Positions 25,896-35,758 of a DNA stretch of 64,000 nt are shown in pieces. A program made the translations under genes and the position numbers. The notes under the pieces were generated by a model, which had not been told where the DNA came from, searched no databases, and saw only the letters and a program-made list of their open reading frames with translations. This DNA comes from an uncultured Rhodospirillaceae bacterium (lineage in GTDB: Bacteria > Pseudomonadota > Alphaproteobacteria > Rhodospirillales > UBA2165). The first letter of the stretch is position 1. Every line of letters starts with the position of its first letter. Location: contig CAZNLR010000019.1 of NCBI GenBank assembly GCA_964574215.1, positions 7,655 through 71,654 of the forward strand, in the 5' to 3' direction.

Positions 25896-28691
25896 ATGTT
25901 CCGTTTTTTGCTAAATAGAAAGATCTCGACCAGATTTGCGCTGACGATCGCTCTTCCTTTGGTCGCGCTTTTGGCGGTTCTGGTCAGTCTTGTGATCGAT
26001 AAATCGCAAATATCCCGGTCGATGAAAGACCTGAGAAATCTCGCTCAATTGGCGCCCTCCATTAGTGCATTGGTCCATGAGATGCAGCGGGAACGCGGCG
26101 CCTCGGCAGGTTATATTTCGAGCAAAGGCAACAAGTTCGATGATCTCCTGACCAAACAGAAAAAGAAAACCAACGAAAAACTAAATGCGCTTCTCGTCGG
26201 ATTCAAAAAGTTTGATCCGACGCTCTACGGCAACGGGCTCAGTGAAAAAATTGGTGCGGCGAAATTCAGCCTTGGCCAAATGGATCAAAAACGCCGGGAG
26301 GTCAAAAAATTCGATCTTTCGATCAATCAGATGACCGGTTATTACACGCCGACGATTGCCAAATTACTGTCAATCATTGAAGAAATGGCACTGGTCAGCC
26401 ACGACAAACAGATCACATCGATGGTCACCGCCTATATTAACTTTCTGCATGGTAAGGAACGGGCCGGTATTGAACGGGCCATGGGGTCCGCCGGATTTGG
26501 CGCCGGCCAGTTTACCCACGCGATTATGAGAAAGTTCATTGGGCTGATCGCCAAACAGGACACCTATTTTCGGATATTCAATAATTACGCGACGGCGGAT
26601 CAAAAAGCCTTCTACCGGCTGACTATGTCGGATCCGGTCGTCGATGAGGTCGAGCGCCTGAGGACAATCGCGCTCAACAGCCCCTACACAAATTCAACGG
26701 ACAATATCCAAGGACCTTATTGGTTCGACAAAATCACCATGAAAATTGATTTGCTGAAATCCGTGGAAAATAAGATTTCCGCGGATTTGACTGAATTCGC
26801 AAATCTAAAATTAAATGAAGCCGAAAATTACGAACTGATGTATGCGATAATCGCCATCGTAATTTTAATGCTGACGGGCGGCCTTGCTTTTGGCTTGTCG
26901 AAGGGAATAACCGGCCCGTTGGATGCTGCCGCCAGAATTTTGGGCGAACTCGCTTCCGGAAATCTCGATGTGGAATTCTCCAAGCACGAACGGCGGGGCG
27001 AGGTCGGCAGAATATTTTCCGGGTTGGATAAATTTAAACAGGCGGCATCAAATTTAAAGAAGAGCGAAGATAGCAAAAGCTCGATACTCCTGGGCGCCCT
27101 CGACGCCATTATCACAATCAACATGAACGGCGAAATTATCGAGTTTAACCCGTCGGCGGAACAGATGTTCGGGTTCAGCAAAGACGAAGTCATGGGCAAA
27201 GACATCGCCGACTACATTCTGCCGGTGGATTTGCGAGAGAAACATCGGGCGGGATTTAACCGTTTTGCCCAGAGCGGCGTTTCAACCATGCTCGGTAAGC
27301 GGCTTGAACTTCCGGCCCTGCATGCCGACGGCTCCCGATTTGATGTTGAATTATCGATCACCCATGTCGCCGAACACAATCTGGTAACGGCGTTTATTCA
27401 AGACATTACCGAGCGTAAAAAAGCGCAGGAAGCCATCGAAAACAGCCGGGATGAACTGGAAGTCCGGGTTCAGGAAAGAACCAAGGAATTGGAACAGTCC
27501 CGCGAATTGGCGGACGCCGCCAACCACGCGAAATCTGATTTTCTCTCCGCCATGAGCCATGAGTTACGTACTCCGATGAATGCTATTCTCGGCTTCGGCC
27601 AATTTCTTATGCACAATCAAAACGAGCCATTGTCGGATGATCAACGGGAATCGGTCGATCATATTCTAAAGGGCGGTGAACATCTGCTCGATCTGATCAA
27701 CGATGTTCTCGATCTGTCGAAAATCGAAGCCGGTAAAATTGAAGTTTCGATCGAAGATGTTTCGATCCAGGATATTCTGGCTGAATGCATGAACGTCGCC
27801 GAAAATCTCAATGAGAGTATTACCGTGGGATCTACCTGCGACTGCCTTTCCGGAAACGCCTACACGGTGAGGGGCGACATTACCCGCTTAAAACAAGTCC
27901 TCCTGAACTTGATGTCGAATGCCGTCAAGTATAACCGTGAAAACGGATCGGTACTTGTCGGCTGTGAGGCAATTAGCGGCCACAAGTTGCGTATTTCCGT
28001 CAAAGACACCGGATTGGGTATCCCCGAGGAGAAACAGGAATATCTGTTTGAGCCCTTTAACAGGCTGGGCGCCGAGGTCACCGAAATTGAAGGAACGGGA
28101 ATCGGCTTGTCCATCACCAAGCGGTTGATTGAATTGATGAACGGAGAAATCGGGTTCGAGAGTGAAATGGAAGTGGGAAGCACATTTTGGGTGGATATTC
28201 CCCTCGCCGGTGATCAAGAAATATCGGAAGATCAAAAAGACCGTATGGGAAAATACGAATGGCAGAGCGATTCAGTTAATTTCGATGGCTCGAAGATCAT
28301 GCTTTATGTCGAAGACAATCCCATGAATTTGGCCTTGATGGAAAAAATAATCGGACAGTTCTCGAACCTCGTCTTGCGCTCGGCCCATACCGCGGAATTG
28401 GGGATCGCCATGGCGGTGCAGGAGAAGCCGGACTTGATCGTCATGGATGTCAACTTGCCCGGGATGGACGGTATCGAGGCGACGAAGGAACTGAAAATAA
28501 ACGAATATACAAAAGACATTCCGGTCATCGGTCTAAGCGCCAGAGCTTTACCGCGGGATGTAAAAAAGGCAATGGACGCGGGCTTCGAGAAATATATCAC
28601 CAAGCCAATGGTTATTTCCGAAATGATCGAAGCCATCAGCGAGACCATCGGGGCCGAACCCGACGCGGATGGGGAAAACGTCGTTCATTAA
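25896..28691 (+). CDS. Hybrid sensor histidine kinase: TM-NIT-TM-HAMP-PAS-HisKA-HATPase-REC
   Basis: 931 aa. The periplasmic region has the nitrate/nitrite-sensing (NIT) style motif MQRERGASAGYISSKG. H-box SHELRTPMNAILGF, G-boxes GTGIGLSI, receiver DLIVMDVNLPGMDG...K. Confidence 0.85.
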   Translation: MFRFLLNRKISTRFALTIALPLVALLAVLVSLVIDKSQISRSMKDLRNLAQLAPSISALVHEMQRERGASAGYISSKGNKFDDLLTKQKKKTNEKLNALLVGFKKFDPTLYGNGLSEKIGAAKFSLGQMDQKRREVKKFDLSINQMTGYYTPTIAKLLSIIEEMALVSHDKQITSMVTAYINFLHGKERAGIERAMGSAGFGAGQFTHAIMRKFIGLIAKQDTYFRIFNNYATADQKAFYRLTMSDPVVDEVERLRTIALNSPYTNSTDNIQGPYWFDKITMKIDLLKSVENKISADLTEFANLKLNEAENYELMYAIIAIVILMLTGGLAFGLSKGITGPLDAAARILGELASGNLDVEFSKHERRGEVGRIFSGLDKFKQAASNLKKSEDSKSSILLGALDAIITINMNGEIIEFNPSAEQMFGFSKDEVMGKDIADYILPVDLREKHRAGFNRFAQSGVSTMLGKRLELPALHADGSRFDVELSITHVAEHNLVTAFIQDITERKKAQEAIENSRDELEVRVQERTKELEQSRELADAANHAKSDFLSAMSHELRTPMNAILGFGQFLMHNQNEPLSDDQRESVDHILKGGEHLLDLINDVLDLSKIEAGKIEVSIEDVSIQDILAECMNVAENLNESITVGSTCDCLSGNAYTVRGDITRLKQVLLNLMSNAVKYNRENGSVLVGCEAISGHKLRISVKDTGLGIPEEKQEYLFEPFNRLGAEVTEIEGTGIGLSITKRLIELMNGEIGFESEMEVGSTFWVDIPLAGDQEISEDQKDRMGKYEWQSDSVNFDGSKIMLYVEDNPMNLALMEKIIGQFSNLVLRSAHTAELGIAMAVQEKPDLIVMDVNLPGMDGIEATKELKINEYTKDIPVIGLSARALPRDVKKAMDAGFEKYITKPMVISEMIEAISETIGAEPDADGENVVH

Positions 28692-28703
28692 AGTTCACAC
28701 AAA

Positions 28704-29495
28704 CTAGTGAATTGGTTTTTTGGCGAACGCAGGTTTGTCAAATCTTTGAACGTGGTTGAGGAACCAGTATTTAAGATAGTCCGGTAAGGTGTCCCGCTTG
28801 TAGTCGCCGGTCTTGACGTTTTCTATCACTACTTTTAAATCCGTGATCAGGCTAGCATGCTGCGACTTGTGGACCGCATTTTGCGATTCAGACAATACGT
28901 CACTGAACAGCAATTCTTCCTCGCTAAAATGAAATTCCGTATAGGCGCATAATTGTTCGAGCTCCGGTACCAATAAATCATCCTTGTGATTTTCAACGAC
29001 GCTCTGAAATAGCCGGTTCAGATAGTTAACGAGAGCCTTGTGATGCTCGTCAACTTCAGGTTCATCGGTTTCATACTTCTTCGACCAATCAATCAGCATT
29101 GGTTTCGACTCGTCCACCATTTCGAACAGATGCCAATATTTTTGGTCGTCTGACAATTCGTGTCTGAATATTTGTTCGCGGGCGGTGGAAACCACTTTCA
29201 CCCCTCGGCCCACTTGGTTTGAGGTCTGGTGAATTTCCCTAAGGTCATAGGAAATTTTTCGGTGCAGCATGATGTGCTCATCCAGCTGTTCATAGCCGGC
29301 GCCGCTGAGAATTATTTCTTCATGCTGAAAATGCTGTTCAAGTGCCGAAAAAAAACCAGTGATCAAAGCATCGAATTTTTTACCACTCGTATTCAACCGG
29401 ACGACGCTGGACAAATCATCAAGAAGTGTCAGCAAGTCGCGATGATTTTCGTCAATAAACTCGTTTCCCGAATTAGCGGGGTAATTCCAATTCAT
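28704..29495 (-). CDS. Tandem (two-domain) hemerythrin-like metal-binding protein
   Basis: Two successive hemerythrin ligand patterns: IDENHRDLL...HFQHEEIIL...HIMLHRKI, then VDEHHKALV...HFSEEELLF...HKSQHASLI...WFLNHVQRFD. ATG at 29495 preferred over the TTG at 29507. Confidence 0.8.
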   Translation of the reverse strand: MNWNYPANSGNEFIDENHRDLLTLLDDLSSVVRLNTSGKKFDALITGFFSALEQHFQHEEIILSGAGYEQLDEHIMLHRKISYDLREIHQTSNQVGRGVKVVSTAREQIFRHELSDDQKYWHLFEMVDESKPMLIDWSKKYETDEPEVDEHHKALVNYLNRLFQSVVENHKDDLLVPELEQLCAYTEFHFSEEELLFSDVLSESQNAVHKSQHASLITDLKVVIENVKTGDYKRDTLPDYLKYWFLNHVQRFDKPAFAKKPIH

Positions 29496-29660
29496 AAGAG
29501 CAACCAAAATACTTTTTTTTACTCAAATTGAATTTGAGCGTGCCTATTCTTATACTTTATATTGAAAGATTAAAATATAACTTTGCTCTGAAAATCCGCT
29601 TTTTCCTAACCGCTTCTCCCCAACCGTTTTTCCGGGAAACAATAAACCCAAATTCAATGT

Positions 29661-30506
29661 TCAATCGGATGTTTCGTTAATTATCGTCCTCGTCGGGAAC
29701 GGAATGGAAATACCATTGGTATCCAGCGCCTGCTTGACGTTCTTGGTGAGATCAAAAGTTACCGGCCAGAAATCGGTGTTTGCCACCCAGACGCGGAGGA
29801 TCAGATTTACCGAACTATCGGCCATCGCCGAAACGGCAACGAATGGTTCGGGATCACCCAGTACGCGGCTGTCTTTGCCCGCCGTATCGATCAGGACTGT
29901 CATCGCCTTGTCGATATCGTCGTCGTACGAGATGCCGGCTTCGATTTGAACACGGCGGGTATTATTGGAAGAATAATTGCTCACGGCGCCGCCCCAAATT
30001 TGACTGTTGGGGATAACGATGCGGACATTGTCGCCGGTGGCCATGACGGTAAAAAACAGATTGAGTTCCTTGATCGTACCCGCGTGACCGGCAGCTTCAA
30101 TGAAATCGCCGGTTTTAAAAGGCCTGAAGATGAGCAGCATGACGCCGGCGGCGACATTGCTGAGGGTCCCCTGCAAGGCGAGACCGATGGCCAGGCCGGC
30201 GGCGCCGATCACGGTCAGTAGACTGGCGGTCTGGACACCGAATTGGTTCAGCACAGCCACCACCGTCACCATTATGACAACGTATTTGGCGAAACTGGCG
30301 AAGAACTTGGTCAGTGTATCGTCAATATGCGGGCTTTTATTGAGAGCCCTTACGACAAGTTTGGCGATGCGTCCGGAAAGCCAGAGACCAATAATCAGTA
30401 TGGCCAAGGCGCCCAGAACATCGAGCCCGTAGGTCGTCAAAATATTTATAACTTCACGTATGACCGGTTCTATTTGGGCTGATATTCCGCCCGACTTGGA
30501 TTCCAT
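29661..30506 (-). CDS. Mechanosensitive ion channel (MscS family)
   Basis: 281 aa with 3 TM plus the MscS beta-domain (GDFIEAAGHAGTIKELNLFFTVMATGDNVRIVIPNSQI). GGAGGT RBS. Confidence 0.9.
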   Translation of the reverse strand: MESKSGGISAQIEPVIREVINILTTYGLDVLGALAILIIGLWLSGRIAKLVVRALNKSPHIDDTLTKFFASFAKYVVIMVTVVAVLNQFGVQTASLLTVIGAAGLAIGLALQGTLSNVAAGVMLLIFRPFKTGDFIEAAGHAGTIKELNLFFTVMATGDNVRIVIPNSQIWGGAVSNYSSNNTRRVQIEAGISYDDDIDKAMTVLIDTAGKDSRVLGDPEPFVAVSAMADSSVNLILRVWVANTDFWPVTFDLTKNVKQALDTNGISIPFPTRTIINETSD

Positions 30507-30795
30507 GAGAAAACCTCCAACCTATTAAAGAGTTAACTATACATATCGGTTCGAGTTTCCGTAAAGGCAAGCTGCACGAACTGGCTGCATTCCTCTATTC
30601 CGGGTTTTGCAGTTGTTCGAGAAAAAATTGCAACTCGCAAGAAAACTGGTCGTTGATAAAAGCCGCAATCGTATTGTGTTAATCCCAAGTTTCTAAACGC
30701 AATTTGGTCCTTATTAAATATGTAGTCGAAATATTGATTAAACAGAATCGGATTCGAATACAAATGACAGATTACGATAACTGGTGGTCTAAATA

Positions 30796-32349
30796 ATGCT
30801 CAATAAAGAACGACGCAAAAGCCGCCTTCGATACGATGACGCAAATCTAGCCCAAGCCTTTGAATTCTCTTCAAATCTCGTCTGTGTATGCGACGGATTG
30901 AAAATTACGCTGATCAATTCGAGCGGTGCGGAATTGTTGGGAGGCGGTGCATCAGATGATTTCGTCGGCGATAGCATAGTGGATTATCTGGACCCCAATT
31001 ACGCCGCCGTCCTGGAGGAGGCTCCGGACGATCTTTTCAACGAAGAAACGAGAACGCCAGTCGTCTTAATTACTCGGCATGGGAAAAAAATCAGAGCGGA
31101 AATTGATTGCAGTTGGGCCCGGGAACTGGGTCCCGATATGCGGGTGATTGTTGCCTATGACATTACGGAACGGATATTCCTCTCGGAGAAAATTCAAAGC
31201 AGCCACCAGCAACTCAATCGACTGGTTCACAAATCACAGAACATGATGTGTATATGCAACGACGGCGACGTGATATTCGTGAATCAGGCCGGTGTGGATA
31301 TGATGAAGGCGAAGGACGCCCAAGATATAACCGGCATGCCTTTATCGCAATTTTTTCAAAACGAATATCAAGACGTTATCGCCGACGACTTCCAGCAGAT
31401 CCTGTCGGAAGGCCTGCCCTTGATGGCGAAGCTGAAGTGTTTGGATGGGTCAACCCGCGACGTCAAAATGACGGTGACGCCGATGGACAATGACCATTCG
31501 GGATCGTTTATGGCCGAGATCCAGGATGTGACCGAGCACAATAGAGCCGTTGCGGAGCTTTACCAATCGATTTCAAACCTTGCCAAACGGGCAGAGGAAT
31601 TGTTGGCGGCAAAAGAATCCGCGGAGCGTGCGAATCAGGTAAAAACGGATTTTCTCTCCAATATGAGCCATGAATTGAGAACACCGCTTAACGCCATCAT
31701 CGGATTTTCTGATCTGATAAAATCTGAGGCTTTTGGTTCGGTGGGAAGCGGGGAATACAAAGAATATGCCGGCTTGATTAATAATTCGGGGTCCCATCTG
31801 TTGCGGATAATCGACGATATTCTGGATATCACCCTGATCGAAGCGGCGGAAATAGATGTTGCGACGGATGTCCTGGACCTCGGAGAAACCATCGAATCCT
31901 GTGTTACCACAATGACCACTCGGGCCAACTCGTGCAACGTATCGCTTGCTTTCAGTGCTCCGGAGGAGCCTCTGTTTATTAGTGCCGATCAAGCGAGGAT
32001 CAAGCAGGTTATTTTGAATTTGCTGGCAAACGCCATCAAATTTTCCTCAAACGGGGACGAGGTAACGGTGACTCTCGGAGAGGATAAAAAAACGGGGATA
32101 ATTATTTCCGTCAAAGATCGTGGGATTGGTATCGACCAAGAAAACCAAGCCTTGATATTCGATCCTTTTATGCAGGTTGAAGGCGACAGCTTGACCCGGG
32201 AGCACGAGGGAACGGGATTGGGGCTGACGATCGCCAAATCCATCATCGAAAATCATGGCGGGACTATTAGCGTTGAAAGTATCGCGGGGGACGGTTCGGA
32301 ATTTCATATCAGGCTGCCGGCCGATAGGATAGTCGAAATTACCGCCTGA
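30796..32349 (+). CDS. Cytoplasmic PAS-PAS sensor histidine kinase
   Basis: 517 aa, no TM segment, two PAS-like regions. H-box [16 protein letters not shown], then HATPase_c ([18 protein letters not shown]). Confidence 0.88.
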   Translation: MLNKERRKSRLRYDDANLAQAFEFSSNLVCVCDGLKITLINSSGAELLGGGASDDFVGDSIVDYLDPNYAAVLEEAPDDLFNEETRTPVVLITRHGKKIRAEIDCSWARELGPDMRVIVAYDITERIFLSEKIQSSHQQLNRLVHKSQNMMCICNDGDVIFVNQAGVDMMKAKDAQDITGMPLSQFFQNEYQDVIADDFQQILSEGLPLMAKLKCLDGSTRDVKMTVTPMDNDHSGSFMAEIQDVTEHNRAVAELYQSISNLAKRAEELLAAKESAERANQVKTDFLSNMSHELRTPLNAIIGFSDLIKSEAFGSVGSGEYKEYAGLINNSGSHLLRIIDDILDITLIEAAEIDVATDVLDLGETIESCVTTMTTRANSCNVSLAFSAPEEPLFISADQARIKQVILNLLANAIKFSSNGDEVTVTLGEDKKTGIIISVKDRGIGIDQENQALIFDPFMQVEGDSLTREHEGTGLGLTIAKSIIENHGGTISVESIAGDGSEFHIRLPADRIVEITA

Positions 32350-32387
32350 TCTTTTGCCACCGATCATCGATTAAATTATAAAGCTGT

Positions 32388-33329
32388 ATGGCAAAGATAC
32401 ATATTTGTGCATTTAACGCCGACCACTACAAAGCCCGGTTGGAACCCCTATTTCCGGAACATGATATTTCCGTCGGGTTGAGCCACGACGATCTGGGCGA
32501 CGGTATTTCAGACTGTGAGGTTTTGATCGGATTCGGCCCCATGTTGAACGATCACGTGTTCGCCCGCAACAAATCCCTGAAATGGGTGCAGGCGTTGGGT
32601 ACCGGGGTCGACGGCATCGCCGACCGCAAGGATTTGGCGGACGATGTGATTTTAACATCCATGCGCGGTATTCATGGTCCGCAAATGTCGGAGATGGCGT
32701 TTATGATGATGCTGGCGCTCAATCGAAATTTTGGGCGCGTGCTGGATAATCAAAAGAACAAACGATGGGAAAGACGCCCGCCTCAAGTCTTAGAGTACAA
32801 AACCATTGGCATATTGGGTGTGGGTTTAATTGCCGAAGTCATGGCGAAACGCTGTCAGGCTTTCGATATGAACGTGGTGGGCATTACCGGTACGCCCCGC
32901 GACGTACCTGGTTTTAAAGAGATTAGAAAAAAAGAGAATCTTCCACAGGTGGTGGGTGATCTCGATTATCTTGTCGTGCTGTCGCCGATGACCCCCGATA
33001 ACGCAAAGCTGGTCGACGAAGCTGTCTTCAAGGCGATGAAGAAAAGCGCCTATTTGATCAATCTTGGCCGCGGCGGCGTGGTCGATGACGGTGCTTTGAT
33101 CGACGCTTTGAAAAATGATGAGATAGCAGGCGCGGGGCTGGACGTATTCGAGCAAGAGCCTTTGCCGCCGGATCACCCTTTCTGGGAAATGGACAATATC
33201 ATCGTAACGCCCCATATGGCGGGCATGACCGAGACCTACGTCAGTCAGGCGTTGCCCGTGATTGAAGCCAATCTCAAGGCCTACAGGGATGGCGAGATCG
33301 AGAACATGGTCAATTTGGTGCGGGGTTAA
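32388..33329 (+). CDS. D-isomer-specific 2-hydroxyacid dehydrogenase (NAD-binding)
   Basis: 313 aa with GILGVGLIAEVMAKR (GxGxxG), RGGVVD, and the catalytic-His region PHMAG. Confidence 0.88.
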   Translation: MAKIHICAFNADHYKARLEPLFPEHDISVGLSHDDLGDGISDCEVLIGFGPMLNDHVFARNKSLKWVQALGTGVDGIADRKDLADDVILTSMRGIHGPQMSEMAFMMMLALNRNFGRVLDNQKNKRWERRPPQVLEYKTIGILGVGLIAEVMAKRCQAFDMNVVGITGTPRDVPGFKEIRKKENLPQVVGDLDYLVVLSPMTPDNAKLVDEAVFKAMKKSAYLINLGRGGVVDDGALIDALKNDEIAGAGLDVFEQEPLPPDHPFWEMDNIIVTPHMAGMTETYVSQALPVIEANLKAYRDGEIENMVNLVRG

Positions 33330-34198
33330 TCCGACCGGGCTGCCTTCAAGGCGGCTTCGCGTCTGGCCACATAGGTGGTCGCCGAGACGATCATCAAGCC
33401 GCCGATCCAGGTCCAGACGGACGGTTCTTCGGCAAAGAACAAAAAGCCGAACAGGGCCCCCCAAACCAGGCGGGTAAAATTAACCGGTTCCAGGGCGCTG
33501 ACGTCGGCCAATTGCAGAGACTTCGACAGGGAAAAATGCGCGGCGCTCAACAACGCGCCGATAACGAACAGGATCGGATAGTCTTCCAAATCGGGCCATG
33601 TCCAAACAAAAAGGGACGGCGCCAGCGTCACCGGGATCATGAACAGGGTCAGGTATAGGACACAGGTGGCGCCGCTGTCGGTCGGGGCCAGGGATTTGGC
33701 GATCAGCCGCTGAATGGCGCTGCAAACCACCGTAATCATGACCAACCCGACACCGACGCCCACATGGACAAAGCCCGGGCGAATAACGACCAGTGCACCG
33801 GCCAGACCCAGAACCAGCGCAAACCAGCGCCGTGGTCCCATGGTCTCGTTTAAAAACACGACGGCGCCGATGCTGACCACCAGGGGCGCCAGTAAATTGA
33901 GCGCGGCGGCGTCGGCCAAGGGCAGCAGGGTGATGGCGACAAACCAGGCCAGAATGGCGGCGCCGTTGATAACGCCTCTTGAAACATGGAGGATCATCCG
34001 CCGAGTGTTGAATATCCCAACGCCATAGCGCGCCACGGTCGTCAGAAAAAAGAGAAAACCGAAAAAAGTCCCGAAGAAGGTTATTTCCAAGGGGTGGATA
34101 TGATCGGACATTTTCCGCACCAGCACCCACATGATCGCCAGCAGACCGGAATATGCCGCCGCCCACAGGACGGCGGCGACATGCCGGATCGGTATCAT
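33326..34198 (-). CDS. DMT superfamily (EamA-like) transporter
   Basis: 290 aa, about 10 TM, duplicated EamA-type halves. Confidence 0.85.
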   Translation of the reverse strand: MIPIRHVAAVLWAAAYSGLLAIMWVLVRKMSDHIHPLEITFFGTFFGFLFFLTTVARYGVGIFNTRRMILHVSRGVINGAAILAWFVAITLLPLADAAALNLLAPLVVSIGAVVFLNETMGPRRWFALVLGLAGALVVIRPGFVHVGVGVGLVMITVVCSAIQRLIAKSLAPTDSGATCVLYLTLFMIPVTLAPSLFVWTWPDLEDYPILFVIGALLSAAHFSLSKSLQLADVSALEPVNFTRLVWGALFGFLFFAEEPSVWTWIGGLMIVSATTYVARREAALKAARSD

Positions 34199-34207
34199 CG
34201 GGAGGGT

Positions 34208-34666
34208 CTACAGATTGCCGTTGATGGCATAATCGAGGACGCGCACCACCTGGTCGGGACTTTCGGCAACGGCAAGGGCGGCGGCGTCGACTTCCTTCAA
34301 GGCATGGGTCAGGTCTTCGGCGTGCAAAATTACGGTCGGTTTGCCGAGCGCCGCCGCATATCCGGCATCGAAGGCGGCGTTCCATTGGCGGTATTTATCT
34401 CCGAACTTGACCACCACGATGTCCGATTTTTCGATCAGCGTGCGGGTGCGGATGGCGTTAACCTGGGCGCCTTTGTGGTCTTTCCAAAATGCCTTGTCCT
34501 CGCCGCCCAAAATTTCGACCCCGCAATCGTCGCTGGCGTCATGGTTGGTGACCGGCGCCACCAGTTGGACCGGAAGGTTTTTTGCTGCACATCCGTCCTT
34601 TATTTGCTCACGCCAATCCGAATGAATTTCTCCTGAAAGATAGATTGTCCAGTTGTCGGTAGCCAC
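34208..34666 (-). CDS. YtoQ family protein (nucleoside 2-deoxyribosyltransferase-like fold)
   Basis: 152 aa. WTIYLSGEIHSDWRE...VVVKFGDKYRQWNAAFDAGYAAALGKP matches my recollection of the YtoQ family. GTG start with AGGAG 9 nt upstream. Confidence 0.75.
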   Translation of the reverse strand: MATDNWTIYLSGEIHSDWREQIKDGCAAKNLPVQLVAPVTNHDASDDCGVEILGGEDKAFWKDHKGAQVNAIRTRTLIEKSDIVVVKFGDKYRQWNAAFDAGYAAALGKPTVILHAEDLTHALKEVDAAALAVAESPDQVVRVLDYAINGNL

Positions 34667-34700
34667 TGTTCACGTCTCCTGATCAAATTCGCGATATTAT

Positions 34701-35573
34701 TCATGCTGTTTTGACTATGTTTAAACTGTTTCGCAAGCCTTTTGTCAGGCGGTTAAAATCGGGATGAGAATCAGGAATCAGCCGGTGGCGCAGAAGAAAA
34801 TCTATGATCACCAAATTGCAGTTGAATTTAAAATCAAATCCGGTGCGGACGGTTTCCATAACGTCTTCCACGGGCCGGCAATAAAAGGCCTCCACTTCGC
34901 CGTCCTTGTTTTCGGGGACAAATTCTTCCGGTAATTCCAGATCGAAGCAGAACATGGTGTCCGGTTTTAACCCATCCTCGGTTTCGACCACGTAACTGAT
35001 CTTGCTGACCTGTCTGGCGCAAGCGGCCAGTTCCGGATGTATGCCCGCTTCCTCTTCGGCCTCTTTGATGACATTGGCCATGGGGCTGAGGTCGACGGGC
35101 AGGCCACCGGCCACCATATTGTCGAGTTTTCCGGGATACAATCTCCGGTCGCGGGCCCGCCGGCCGATCCAAAGATCGATCCCGCCGTTTTCCCGTCGGA
35201 CAAATCCGTTGACGTGGGTGCCGTAGGCGGCGAGCCCAAAGGCGGGGACCGCCGACCGGTCCATTTGCATAAGGAGCTCGGCTCCAAAATGTGTCGATAC
35301 GGGAAAGTCCTCATTTCTCAATGGCGGGATAACTCCCTGATCCGCCAACCTTGTCAAAACCAGCGCCATTTCACCCGATCTATCCGACGGGTGCGACAAC
35401 CCAACGCCAAAAGAAATACCGTCGGCTTTTTTTTCGAACAATTTCTCCGTTCCGCCCAGATGAATGGCGAGATTGTGCCTGATCCAGCCGACGGGAATGT
35501 CACCAACGAAAAATCGCGTGAATCCCGATATGTCGTAATGATTGCAAGAACTTATATGATCAGTGTAGTCCAC
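34701..35573 (-). CDS. NUDIX hydrolase with DUF4743-type N-terminal domain
   Basis: 290 aa. Nudix box GGLPVDLSPMANVIKEAEEEAGI. The N-terminal ~110 aa resemble the DUF4743 extension found on thiamin-related Nudix enzymes (from memory). Confidence 0.8.
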   Translation of the reverse strand: MDYTDHISSCNHYDISGFTRFFVGDIPVGWIRHNLAIHLGGTEKLFEKKADGISFGVGLSHPSDRSGEMALVLTRLADQGVIPPLRNEDFPVSTHFGAELLMQMDRSAVPAFGLAAYGTHVNGFVRRENGGIDLWIGRRARDRRLYPGKLDNMVAGGLPVDLSPMANVIKEAEEEAGIHPELAACARQVSKISYVVETEDGLKPDTMFCFDLELPEEFVPENKDGEVEAFYCRPVEDVMETVRTGFDFKFNCNLVIIDFLLRHRLIPDSHPDFNRLTKGLRNSLNIVKTA

Positions 35574-35758
35574 TTAATTCCTTTCGACGCCGGTATTCTC
35601 TCAACCTGGGCAAAGTTCGCGCCTTTAAACGGGCGTTAATGAATTGCCCGTAATATATAATTCGTAAACGCGTGTTTTTCATTATATCCGGGGAGATCAA
35701 GTCCTCCGGATCATGGTTCCTGCCCGAATTGTGCTGCGGCCGGGACGTAGGTAGTTTT

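Noticed and set aside
29522-29538. Hairpin CTCAAAT-TGA-ATTTGAG between mscS and the hemerythrin gene, as a terminator
   Set aside because: The T-run lies on the wrong side for the minus-strand transcript (hairpin followed by an A-run), and the stem is only 7 bp and AT-rich.
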